IMG/VR virus record: IMGVR_UViG_3300014501_000022
Coordinates: 1 to 55,300 of that record
Direction: 5' to 3' (one strand)
Length of the DNA: 55,300 bases
Source: a virus
Taxonomy: Duplodnaviria > Caudoviricetes
Shown here: piece by piece, positions 20,008 through 29,237 of the stretch
Layout of the letters: every line of letters starts with the position of its first letter
How positions within the stretch are numbered: position 1 is the first letter of the stretch
The notes under the pieces: model-generated
What the model was told of the DNA's origin: nothing
Databases searched by the model: none
The model's input: the letters and a program-made list of their open reading frames with translations, nothing else
Translations under genes and position numbers: made by a program

Positions 20008-20262
20008 ATGTCATTAAAAGCAAAAGCAAAGAAAGGAAAAGTTAAGTCGACGTTCGATGGAGTACAGACAGGCAATGTTAAGACACTCAGTTCAGCAGCT
20101 ACGTTGACCGTTTATGAGTTAGGTAATCTCAATCATGGTATCTTTCCGACCGCTGAAGAGTTAGCTACATTCAAGAGCTTAATTGAAGAAATCAATCGCG
20201 GCGAAAAGAATGCAATCTTTATGCCTGAAGGTCTCGTGAGAGTTACGCAGTATCATCTGTAA
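20008..20262 (+). CDS. hypothetical protein
   Basis: AGGAG RBS, 84 aa. Confidence 0.6.
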   Translation: MSLKAKAKKGKVKSTFDGVQTGNVKTLSSAATLTVYELGNLNHGIFPTAEELATFKSLIEEINRGEKNAIFMPEGLVRVTQYHL

Positions 20263-20270
20263 TATAAAGT

Positions 20271-20693
20271 ATGATTAAGATAGGTTTTAAGAAGTTGCAC
20301 CCTGACGCGATAGTTCCAAAGATGCAGAGAGAAGGTGACGCTGCCTTCGACATATATGCCGTAGAAGACGTTACGATCCCCTTAAAACATTACTCTCACG
20401 TTAGTTGCGGAATTGCATTAGAAATTCCTTCAGGATATAAAGTGATGATCAATGGTAGAAGTGGATTAGCTCTTAAGGGCATACAATGTCATGTAGGAAC
20501 TGTCGACGAAAATTATAAAGGGAATATCGGTACCATTCTTTATAACTGGAATGATACTCCTTATAAAGTAACGAAAGGAGATAGAATTGGACAAATTTCG
20601 TTGCAGGCAGTAGTTCCTACGATATTCGAGGAAGTAGTAGAATTAACCTCTAGTGTTAGAGGCGATAAAGGTTTTGGATCATCTGGAAGATAA
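20271..20693 (+). CDS. dut: trimeric dUTPase
   Basis: AAFD, RSGLA, GTVDENYKG, GDRIGQ, RGDKGFGSSG. Confidence 0.93.
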   Translation: MIKIGFKKLHPDAIVPKMQREGDAAFDIYAVEDVTIPLKHYSHVSCGIALEIPSGYKVMINGRSGLALKGIQCHVGTVDENYKGNIGTILYNWNDTPYKVTKGDRIGQISLQAVVPTIFEEVVELTSSVRGDKGFGSSGR

Positions 20694-20694
20694 A

Positions 20695-21624
20695 ATGGAG
20701 ATAGTAATGAACACGGAGCAAGTTATGTCTAAAGACGCGAACCCTAGTGAACTAAAGGGTTATAACAAGTCTTCGCTGCCTGACATTCATGCAGTAGAAG
20801 ATACTAGAGGCTTGGCCATCAATAGAGTTGGCATTGACGGAGTTGTATTCCCTCTTACCATCAAGAGGAAAGAAGGAGGTGCCATTGAAGCACTCGGTAC
20901 ATTTGACATGTATGGATCGTTAGACTCGGAGCTGAAGGGAACTAATATGAGTCGGTTCGCAGAGCTTCTATTAGACTTCGGGGCAGGTAGAGCGTTATCT
21001 GGTAATGACTTCCCAGATCTCTTACAGTCCCTATCAGATAGACTAGAGACTCCCGACGTATACGTTAAGACCTCGTTTAAGTTCTGGATGAACAAAACGA
21101 CTCCAGTATCTAAGCGCGAGAGCCCAATGGCATATGATTGTGCCTTCATCGGACAGATGCAGGATAACAAGACCCGCTTCGTCGTCGAGGTCAATGTCCC
21201 TATCGCTACATATTGTCCTTGTAGCAAAGCTATGTGTGTAACTGATGCGGTTGCCGACGTAGGCAAGGGCGCGCACGCACAGCGCGGCTTAGTGACGCTT
21301 CAAGTACGCACAGATCCTATTAGTCCCGGAGCATGGTTAGAGGATCTCATTCGTATCTCTGAGACCTCCGGTTCCGCAGAGTTATACACTCTTCTAAAGA
21401 GACCAGACGAGAAGTTCGTAACGATCCAGGGGTACGAGAATCCTAAGTTCGTTGAAGATGTAGCTAGAGACGTTATGAGAAAGGTTCACAATCTCCCGGA
21501 AGCAAACTGGGCAAAGGTCCGTGTTCGTAACTTTGAAAGCATTCATCATCATAACGCAACTGCTTACATCAGTCAGAAGAAGATCGTAGGAAACTGGACT
21601 TCGCTTAACAGAGCATTCTACTAA
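20695..21624 (+). CDS. folE2: GTP cyclohydrolase IB
   Basis: INRVGI, KGTNMSRF, CPCSK, AHAQRG, LKRPDEKFVT, NPKFVED, ESIHHHNA. Confidence 0.93.
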   Translation: MEIVMNTEQVMSKDANPSELKGYNKSSLPDIHAVEDTRGLAINRVGIDGVVFPLTIKRKEGGAIEALGTFDMYGSLDSELKGTNMSRFAELLLDFGAGRALSGNDFPDLLQSLSDRLETPDVYVKTSFKFWMNKTTPVSKRESPMAYDCAFIGQMQDNKTRFVVEVNVPIATYCPCSKAMCVTDAVADVGKGAHAQRGLVTLQVRTDPISPGAWLEDLIRISETSGSAELYTLLKRPDEKFVTIQGYENPKFVEDVARDVMRKVHNLPEANWAKVRVRNFESIHHHNATAYISQKKIVGNWTSLNRAFY

Positions 21625-21625
21625 A

Positions 21626-22210
21626 ATGGATAAGCCATACATCGTATTCACCGGAACTCAGTCTGTAGGTAAGACGACATTGATCAAGCCGTTAGTTCCT
21701 TATCTGGAAAAGATGTATGGTGAACCAATCGTGCACATAGCGGAGGTAGCTCGTTCTTTAGAACGTCGTGGCTTTAAGATCAATAAAGAAGCGACATCTG
21801 CGACGCAGCAGATGATAGAGGAAGAGTACCTCCGCCTTGAGCTCGAGAGTTCAGGTGCTATCAAAGTAGCAGACCGTTCTATTATCGATAGATTTTCTTA
21901 TACGCTTTTGAATTCTGATAGTAGTCTAGATAAGTTAGCTCTACTAAATTGGTATGATAGTAATGTTGTCGAGCATTGTAAAAAGTATTCGCACATCTTT
22001 CATATACCTTTAACTGATGAAGTTAAATTAGAATTAGATGGTATAAGATCGCCAGACGAAGAATATCGAAGACGTATCGACGAAGTACAGACGAAGATTA
22101 TTAATCAGTATAAGATTAAAGTTCATACGCTCTCAGGTACCGTAGAAGAGCGATTAGACGCAATCAAGAAAGTTTTGGAGAGTACAAATGGCGTGGTCTC
22201 CCAAATTTAA
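21626..22210 (+). CDS. P-loop NMP-kinase-like protein (NadR/Ttd14 AAA_28-like)
   Basis: FTGTQSVGKTT, EVAR, DRSIID, DGIR, GTVEER. Confidence 0.8.
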   Translation: MDKPYIVFTGTQSVGKTTLIKPLVPYLEKMYGEPIVHIAEVARSLERRGFKINKEATSATQQMIEEEYLRLELESSGAIKVADRSIIDRFSYTLLNSDSSLDKLALLNWYDSNVVEHCKKYSHIFHIPLTDEVKLELDGIRSPDEEYRRRIDEVQTKIINQYKIKVHTLSGTVEERLDAIKKVLESTNGVVSQI

Positions 22211-22688
22211 GAAGTGTATTCGATGTAAGCGGACTGAAGTCAAATACAGAGCCAGAGGGTTGTGTAATAGATGTTACGACGCTTTACGTACTCCTCGAAT
22301 TGATGGTTTCGAATACCGTGCATATAAAGTTCCAAAATTATCTAGCGCAGAGAAGGGATACATAGCTGGCCTTTTAGATGGAGAAGGATGTCTCGGTCTA
22401 TATGTTTATAAGGGCGGCAACAAGAAAGCAAATATGTCTGTCGCAAATACATATAGACCGGTTTTAGCGTGGGCCTGTAAGAAGATGGAATGTGGCAGTA
22501 TTCGTAAGTATAAAAATAAAAGGCAGTGGGCCACAAAACCTTGTTTTCAATGGACAATAAGTTCGCAGCCCCATATTAAAGAAGTACTTAAAACGTTATT
22601 ACCATTTCTTCAAATCAAGAAAGACAAAGCAACGTCTATTATTAATTTTGTTAATAACCACCCAGATAAAAGAATAAAGAGGATATAA
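22188..22688 (+). mobile_element. free-standing LAGLIDADG homing endonuclease with N-terminal Cys motif
   Basis: YIAGLLDGEGC, LLPFLQIKK; N-terminal CIRC...CNRC. Confidence 0.85.
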
Positions 22689-22689
22689 C

Positions 22690-23472
22690 ATGGAATTAGC
22701 CTTCGAAGTCCCGACGAAACACTTAGCAACCCTAGGTCAGCATAACGATTACAACTTCACTTTAGCCCACCTCGTCAAAGACCCTACCTACCTAGCGCAC
22801 TACCAGAAGTCTAATAAGTATACTATCTGTGACAATTCTGCATTTGAATTGAGTGCACCCCTGTCTGCTAAAGAGGTCGTAGACGCGGCTCAGTTGCTAG
22901 ACGCGGATGAGATCGTAGCTCCTGACTCATTCGGTAGCGCTCGGAAGACGATCGAAGCTACCAACGTCTTCCTAGACTATCTAAGAACTTCAGGTAACCT
23001 TGGGAAGTATAAAGTAATGGGCGTTGTCCAAGGCGCTAATGTTCCTGACTGGGTTAATTGCTTAGTTCATATGCGTGACAATAAGGACATCGACGTTATT
23101 GGGTTCAGCTACGTCGGGTGTAAGAGTTTTAACAAAGATCTAGCGAACGCACGCATTCAGGCAGTCCATCTAGCTACGCACACCGCGACAGGTAACCTCA
23201 AGAAGCCTATCCATCTATTAGGTATGGGTAACAACCCCATTGAATTGAAGTTACAGAAGAACATATCTAACGTCCGCTCATGTGATACGTCCCTTCCTAT
23301 CGTACAAGGGTTATCTCAGAATAAACTACACGCGACCGCTGGATTAATCGGTCCCAAGCTAGCTCGTCCCGATAACTACTTCGACGCTGATATTAACAAG
23401 GAACAAATGGAAGCAATCGTTCATAATATCACAACGATGAAGGAGTGGGTCAAGACACCTGCTAATGTCTAA
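22690..23472 (+). CDS. divergent TGT/DpdA-like guanine transglycosylase (TIM barrel)
   Basis: ICDNSAFE (compare TGT DSGGF), APD, GVVQG, IHLLG, SCDTS; in operon with folE2. Confidence 0.75.
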   Translation: MELAFEVPTKHLATLGQHNDYNFTLAHLVKDPTYLAHYQKSNKYTICDNSAFELSAPLSAKEVVDAAQLLDADEIVAPDSFGSARKTIEATNVFLDYLRTSGNLGKYKVMGVVQGANVPDWVNCLVHMRDNKDIDVIGFSYVGCKSFNKDLANARIQAVHLATHTATGNLKKPIHLLGMGNNPIELKLQKNISNVRSCDTSLPIVQGLSQNKLHATAGLIGPKLARPDNYFDADINKEQMEAIVHNITTMKEWVKTPANV

Positions 23473-24121
23473 CAAATATCTAGACTATCTATATACCCGA
23501 GGACTCTCTAATGCAACCATTAAAGCGTTCGGAATCGGTATGTGTGATCAGTCTGGTAAGTGTTCTAACTCCGACTTCGTACCATTAATCGACTACCGTT
23601 TCCACGATACGGTTCTATTTCCGATAAAAGATCTGTATAATAACTTAGTCGCGGTCGCTTCTCGTTCGGTAGATGTAAAGAAATACATCCATTCGAGTTA
23701 CTCTAAGAGCCGACACTTGTTCGGTCTTAATGTAACGTACCAGGAGATACTGCGTACTCGTAAGGCAATCATTGTCGAAGGCAACTTCGACTTGTTAAGA
23801 CTTTATGAGAACGGGGTTAAGAACGCCGTAGCCTTATTAGGTTCTAAGCTGTCCCTCGAGCAATTAAGTCTGTTGACAAGATTCGCAGAAGAAATAGTAA
23901 TCGCAACTGATGGGGACAAGCCTGGACAAGACTGTGCCGAAAAGATCAGCAAGATGTGTGATGAGAACGGTATAAGTCATAGGCGTATAAATCTACCCGA
24001 CGGGTCAGACCCAGATTCCTTCGTAAAGAATAATGGAGCTGATGCCTTCCTAAGATTACAATCCCCCAATCTAACCGATAGGTTAAGGGGAATATCATGG
24101 GAGCAAAAGCAGCCGTCGTAG
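23465..24121 (+). CDS. DnaG-like primase catalytic/TOPRIM domain (no zinc domain)
   Basis: YLYTRGL, FPI, KYIHS, IVEGNFD, ALLGS, DGDKPG, DPD. Confidence 0.88.
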   Translation: MSNKYLDYLYTRGLSNATIKAFGIGMCDQSGKCSNSDFVPLIDYRFHDTVLFPIKDLYNNLVAVASRSVDVKKYIHSSYSKSRHLFGLNVTYQEILRTRKAIIVEGNFDLLRLYENGVKNAVALLGSKLSLEQLSLLTRFAEEIVIATDGDKPGQDCAEKISKMCDENGISHRRINLPDGSDPDSFVKNNGADAFLRLQSPNLTDRLRGISWEQKQPS

Positions 24122-24714
24122 ATTTTGACACACCGCCGATAGATACAACAACGAAAAGATACTACGTATTGAAGACGAACGGTATAGCTAATATCCGTTC
24201 AATCAATATGTCGCTAGGCGCCGCGCCTGAAGTTCCTACCTTTTGGATGCCTGGCTATATGGTTCCGCGTAAATTAAGGAATACAACTGTACTGCGCAAG
24301 CAGTTTCTATTCTACGATTATACGTTTGTGGCACTATACGATCCTCTAGCCTTCGAGGAATTCCTGACTGAAAGAAAGATCCCTGCATACTTTCTGTATG
24401 TAACGGGGACAAAGATCCCAACCGCCTTGTCTGAAGAAGATATTCAACGCATCAAGCAATTAGAATCCTTTAAGCAGCTTGAGGTTGAAAACTTTGAGGC
24501 GCCGGGTCTACGCGTGGGAACTCTTATCGAAGTATGCAATGGTCCTTTCATCGGGTGTAAGGGTACAGTCATCGAGCTATTAAGAGGCCATGCCGTACTC
24601 GAGATGAATGTATTTGGCCGGCCAACTCGCGTGAATGTGGGTCTTGAATTCCTAACAGGAGTCCTAAGGAGCTATGAACCTGAAGTAGAAGCGCCCCCAA
24701 CTGATGAGCAATAA
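24097..24714 (+). CDS. NusG/RfaH-family transcription antitermination factor
   Basis: NGN-like N-terminus (FLFYDYTFV) and KOW domain GTLIEVCNGPFIGCKGTV...NVFGRPTRV. Confidence 0.82.
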   Translation: MGAKAAVVDFDTPPIDTTTKRYYVLKTNGIANIRSINMSLGAAPEVPTFWMPGYMVPRKLRNTTVLRKQFLFYDYTFVALYDPLAFEEFLTERKIPAYFLYVTGTKIPTALSEEDIQRIKQLESFKQLEVENFEAPGLRVGTLIEVCNGPFIGCKGTVIELLRGHAVLEMNVFGRPTRVNVGLEFLTGVLRSYEPEVEAPPTDEQ

Positions 24715-25066
24715 TAACTTCCAATCCCAGGTCGACGTTAACTTAAACAGAGTCGCCTGGAGATTCCAGCGGGAGATACCTCTTGACGTAGAAGAGGTTG
24801 AGCTTCTACTGAGTAAGCAGCCTACCCCTGAGCAAGGGGAGGAAAGAGAATCGTACCATAAGCGTAAGGAGACAATGGTCACGGATCTCTTTGTCGCTGC
24901 GACAAAAGTACTTACAGAAGTGCAGTTCCAGTTCTTCACATCCTATTATGTCATCGGGATGAGTGAAGTTCAGATAGCTGACGCCTTCTCTGTCACCCAG
25001 CCTTACGTAAGCATCGTCCTATCCGCTTGCGTCAAAAAGATTAAAAAACAACTGAATTTACCATAA
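24704..25066 (+). CDS. sigma70 region-4-like HTH protein
   Basis: LTEVQFQ...GMSEVQIADAFSVTQPYVSIVLSACVKKIKK. Confidence 0.75.
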   Translation: MSNNNFQSQVDVNLNRVAWRFQREIPLDVEEVELLLSKQPTPEQGEERESYHKRKETMVTDLFVAATKVLTEVQFQFFTSYYVIGMSEVQIADAFSVTQPYVSIVLSACVKKIKKQLNLP

Positions 25067-25145
25067 TTTGTCGTAATCGTATTATCTTTTGTTTATATAG
25101 TAGATAGCCATAGGAAAATTCTGGGCATACCGGTATACACCATAC

Positions 25146-27344
25146 ATGTCATCAATTATCTATATTCGCAGTAACGGCGACGACGAAGAGCTAACAGCTG
25201 AACAGTTAGAGCTTATCCACCGATTTAGCGACCAAGCTAGAGTCTGGGCATACTTACTTTTAAAGGAAGCCGCTGGTATGTCAGAGACGGAAGGCGGCTC
25301 TACCGAGAAGTGGTTAGAGGTACGTCAGCAGTGGTTAGCCGCTAAGCAAGAACTAAAGGCACTCAACCCCGGTTATGGCGACGCTGTTGAGAAGGCTTGC
25401 CAAGAACAGTACGGTGCAAATTTAGAATCCCAGAAGACTCCTCTCCCTCCTCTTCCTCCCGACACAGATCCTAAGCAAGGCGAACAACTAAAGGCCGCAG
25501 GCGAAAAGGTTAAGAAGCTGTTCGCCGACCTATATCCAAACCGTAAGATGGAAGTAGGCTTTAGAGGTCCCTTCTTAACTAGAGAAGAGCAGAATGAGAT
25601 CCTTAGCTATCCTGATCCAGAGGTTGCGGAGCAGTGGCAGAAGCTAGTAGGCCTAGATCCTGCTAAGCTACCCGGCAGCATGGGTGCTCCCGCCGACGCT
25701 ACTCTCATCGATTTGGCTAGAGCCGTTGCTCACAACAAAGGCGTCGAGAAGGCATTACCCGGCGGACAGAGTCTAGAAGACTTCGCGAACGACGTAGTCC
25801 TAAGAAGTATTCGATCTTACAACCCCTACAAGGCGGAAGATACTCACACAGGTAGCCCCGGCTACGAAGGAGTTAAGGCAGCTATCGCTACCTACCTCTT
25901 TAGAGCGATGCAGAATGCTGTCAACACCGCCTTCACCTCTAACGCTGGTAGACAGCGCAGGAATGAGAACCCTATCTCCCTATCTCAACCTATTGGTAGC
26001 GAAGAGTCCTTAACAATCGAAGAGACTCTTGCTGAAGAGGGTAGAGAAGAAGGATGGGTGAAAGATCTCGTTGAACCGTTCAAGGCGTGGCTACAAGAGC
26101 GTGTTAACGATCGCTTTACTCAAAAGGCCGCCGATCAGTTACTACAAATTTATAAAGAGAAGTTCGTAGACGGCGAATCTCTTTCCGACATCGCACGACA
26201 CATCAATCAGGTATCCAAGAGAGATCGTAAGAAAGAATTAGCCTTCTTAAAGAAGTATAACGTTGATGTCTCTTCCTTCCCCGCAACCATCCAGCCTTAC
26301 GAAAGCGTTGCAGCCGACGCGGCTAAGCGCGGACAACTGATTGCTGACTTCTTTGCAAAGCTTAGAGCACAAGTTAAAGAGCTCGGGAAGTCTCCTGAAG
26401 CTGAGACAGCCAAAGAGAAGCTCAAGGCTATTGAAGAAGACTTCGCCAAGATCTCTACCCCTAACGCTGCCTACGTATCTAATCGCATCAGAGGCGACGG
26501 TCCTTACAAGGGACAGGGTCCTTCTATCATGGAGTTCCTACTCCAGCATCCCGACATTGCAGAAGAGTATAAGAAGATACAGCAGAAGAAGAAGCAGTCG
26601 GCCCTCGAGGACTTCTTAACTTCCATATCTACATTAAGGAAAGAAGGCGGCCTTAATTACAATCTTCTACGCAATAAGATTGAACAGAAGCTATCAAATG
26701 AGAATCCTCAACTGTTTACCGTATACACTTACCTATACGAGTCTAGCTTCTCCAACCCTGACACAGCCCGTCTAATGCGTCTGTCTCCTCCTCGTATCAC
26801 CGGTCTTAAGAAGAAGATAGTATCTACCTTACTCGATCTTCCGGAGATACAGAACTTCTTCCAGGAGAATGAGAATGGATCTATCTCCCCACTCCGCCGC
26901 TTTATCTACAACGAAGGGGATACCGTCCAGGTAATGTCTATCAAAGAGACGGGAGTTATCACTAGTATTCTTAGTGATTGGTATAACATCCGCCTAGATA
27001 ATGGTAACGACGTTCTAACGATTAAGGATGACATACAAAAGTATTGTACTTTAGTAGACTCTGCTAACAACGTATTATCACATTATTATAAGAGAGACGT
27101 TCTTTCCCCGCAATGTTATCTTTCGTTTGTCGGGGGATTAAAGCCTCAATTAGTAATTCTTGAATTACGCCCTGTAGACGAGTTAAAGACCGCCGCACGG
27201 TTGCATATTAACAACAGCCTAGTTGACATAACAGAGATTACGGAAAAGCTGCCAGACAACTTGTTGTCTATCTTGAAGGGGCACATAGGCGCAAGTGCTT
27301 CTCTAGATACTCCGTTTACATCTTTATTTGAAGAGGTTGAATAA
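25146..27344 (+). CDS. large mosaic protein with sigma-like regions, two HTHs and SH3/KOW-like module
   Basis: IATYLFRAMQNAV, ISLSQPIG, GESLSDIARHIN, SNPDTARLMRLSPPRIT, YNEGDTVQV...GVI. Confidence 0.7.
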   Translation: MSSIIYIRSNGDDEELTAEQLELIHRFSDQARVWAYLLLKEAAGMSETEGGSTEKWLEVRQQWLAAKQELKALNPGYGDAVEKACQEQYGANLESQKTPLPPLPPDTDPKQGEQLKAAGEKVKKLFADLYPNRKMEVGFRGPFLTREEQNEILSYPDPEVAEQWQKLVGLDPAKLPGSMGAPADATLIDLARAVAHNKGVEKALPGGQSLEDFANDVVLRSIRSYNPYKAEDTHTGSPGYEGVKAAIATYLFRAMQNAVNTAFTSNAGRQRRNENPISLSQPIGSEESLTIEETLAEEGREEGWVKDLVEPFKAWLQERVNDRFTQKAADQLLQIYKEKFVDGESLSDIARHINQVSKRDRKKELAFLKKYNVDVSSFPATIQPYESVAADAAKRGQLIADFFAKLRAQVKELGKSPEAETAKEKLKAIEEDFAKISTPNAAYVSNRIRGDGPYKGQGPSIMEFLLQHPDIAEEYKKIQQKKKQSALEDFLTSISTLRKEGGLNYNLLRNKIEQKLSNENPQLFTVYTYLYESSFSNPDTARLMRLSPPRITGLKKKIVSTLLDLPEIQNFFQENENGSISPLRRFIYNEGDTVQVMSIKETGVITSILSDWYNIRLDNGNDVLTIKDDIQKYCTLVDSANNVLSHYYKRDVLSPQCYLSFVGGLKPQLVILELRPVDELKTAARLHINNSLVDITEITEKLPDNLLSILKGHIGASASLDTPFTSLFEEVE

Positions 27345-28174
27345 TGCTAACTAAAATCATTGCATGGTTTAAATCGTTATTTACAAAGCCGAAGCTTCAG
27401 CGCAGATATAATTGGGTAAGAGATACTCCCGACAAACGCGACGTCAAGTTCAAGTACAAGGTAATGCGCTTGCCTCCGTCAGTAGATCTTCGTCCGCTAT
27501 GCCCTCCCGTCGTGGATCAAGGTAACCTGGGGTCATGTACTGCCAACGCACTGGCAGGTGCCTTAGGGTTCTTAGAGCTCCAAGAGCAGAAGGCAGGCGA
27601 CACGGGTGACGCAGAAGAGTTCGGTACTCCTGGCTTCACAGCCTTCAGTCGCTTATTCATCTACTGGAACGAGAGAGTTATCGAAGGAGACCCTACAGAG
27701 GATAACGGCGCACAGCTTCGCGACGGCATCACTTCACTAGCAACTACGGGCGCTTGCTCCGAGACATTCTGGCCTTACAACGTTGCGTTCGCGTTCAAGC
27801 AACCCATACCGGCTACGTTCACTCAAGCAGCTAATCACAAGATCAGTTCTTATCAATCGCTCAACGGATCAGATCCTGTAGCGTTAAAGAGTTGCCTAGC
27901 TTCCGGATACCCTTTCGTATTCGGCTTTCAGGTGTTTGAGTCATTCGAAAGTGAGTCAGTTGCTAACAACGGTATAGTCCCAATGCCTTCTCCCGCAGAA
28001 GAGTGCCAGGGCGGACACGCTGTAATGTGCGTAGGGTACAATGACGCGACACAGACCTTTACTGTTCGTAACAGCTGGGGAGCTGATTGGGGTGACGAAG
28101 GGTACTTCCACCTGCCCTACTCTTATATGACGAACGCCGACTTATCAAATGACTTCTGGACCCTTCGCAAATAA
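27344..28174 (+). CDS. papain-like (C1A) cysteine peptidase
   Basis: VDLR, DQGNLGSCTANA, SRLFIY, GGHAV, RNSWGADWGDEGYF. Confidence 0.93.
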   Translation: MLTKIIAWFKSLFTKPKLQRRYNWVRDTPDKRDVKFKYKVMRLPPSVDLRPLCPPVVDQGNLGSCTANALAGALGFLELQEQKAGDTGDAEEFGTPGFTAFSRLFIYWNERVIEGDPTEDNGAQLRDGITSLATTGACSETFWPYNVAFAFKQPIPATFTQAANHKISSYQSLNGSDPVALKSCLASGYPFVFGFQVFESFESESVANNGIVPMPSPAEECQGGHAVMCVGYNDATQTFTVRNSWGADWGDEGYFHLPYSYMTNADLSNDFWTLRK

Positions 28175-28177
28175 ACT

Positions 28178-28882
28178 ATGAAACGAACGTTTGAAACAGA
28201 AGCGGATATCCGCAATTACAAATCTAAGGTACTTCTATTACCTAAGAAGCTTCTGTTGGCTATCAATCAGATGATCGATGATGGCAAGAGAGAGTGGGCA
28301 TTAGAGAACTACATCAAAGCCAACTACAAGGGATCTCTTGGCTGCCCGACTCCTCCGACGTTAGGTACGTATATAGACTGGTACGAGTCACGGAAGAAGC
28401 TATCAGCTCTGTCAGGGACGCTAATAGAGCCTACTCGTACCGAGATGGCTATCGTAGAGAAGAACGAGTTACAGACGTACTCAGCCGAGCGTATCGCTAT
28501 CCTTGATGGTAACACTGACATCTCAAACAAGAAGGAGCTGCTCGAGCGCTTGATTAAGAAGTGTATCCAGCGTATGAAGCACGTCGAGTCTCTACAAGAG
28601 ATGGAAGGTACAACAGCCGGTCTCGAAGCTGTAGTAGGACACTACCTAAAAGAGATCCACGCGATGGTACAGACGCAATTAAAGCTGTCCGGTGAGTTGG
28701 CGGAAGAGGATAACGCACACTTAGCAGAGATGGTCAATAGCAATCTCTATAAATTGACGCAAATGTTCTTCTCGGTCGTTATGCGGGTTGCGCCAGAGAA
28801 AGTAGAAGATATCAAAGAGATGTTCTACGAAGAGCTTAAAAATCAGTCGGAGATGGCAGAAGCTTTAAAAGAAGTCCTTTAA
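28178..28882 (+). CDS. hypothetical helical protein
   Basis: 234-aa ORF in operon. Confidence 0.65.
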   Translation: MKRTFETEADIRNYKSKVLLLPKKLLLAINQMIDDGKREWALENYIKANYKGSLGCPTPPTLGTYIDWYESRKKLSALSGTLIEPTRTEMAIVEKNELQTYSAERIAILDGNTDISNKKELLERLIKKCIQRMKHVESLQEMEGTTAGLEAVVGHYLKEIHAMVQTQLKLSGELAEEDNAHLAEMVNSNLYKLTQMFFSVVMRVAPEKVEDIKEMFYEELKNQSEMAEALKEVL

Positions 28883-28898
28883 AAGTGTAATATTAGAT

Positions 28899-29237
28899 GT
28901 GAGCTACGACATATTCATTAAGAGACGTGTAGACGAGATTGAAGAATCTCTTCTGAAGTATAAAGACCCCGTTGAACGTTTACATATATGGTTCGCGTTC
29001 ATTAAAGACTTTACTATGGAAGCCCATACTCTTCTTGATGCGCAGTATGGAGAGCTGGTGCAGATGTGTAAGGCATATTCGTCAACGCCTGATACGGTCG
29101 CTAGAGATGACTTACGTAGCCAGGTCGTTATGTGTGTTCGTGAGATTGATAACATTAACTCACATCTTAAACGTATCCCAAGATTACAATCTAAATTAGA
29201 GAAGGACATTTTAGACGATGCCGTAGTGGATATCTAA
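28899..29237 (+). CDS. hypothetical protein
   Basis: GTG start 5 nt after TAATAT box; coupled to next gene. Confidence 0.6.
   Translation: MSYDIFIKRRVDEIEESLLKYKDPVERLHIWFAFIKDFTMEAHTLLDAQYGELVQMCKAYSSTPDTVARDDLRSQVVMCVREIDNINSHLKRIPRLQSKLEKDILDDAVVDI

Noticed and set aside
12152-20694. ORF-track starts 12152, 14761 and 20653 (also 2825 and 10742)
   Set aside because: Extensions overlap upstream genes or lack support; internal ATGs at 12224, 14893, 20695, 2858 and 10766 fit RBS or coupling and family N-termini
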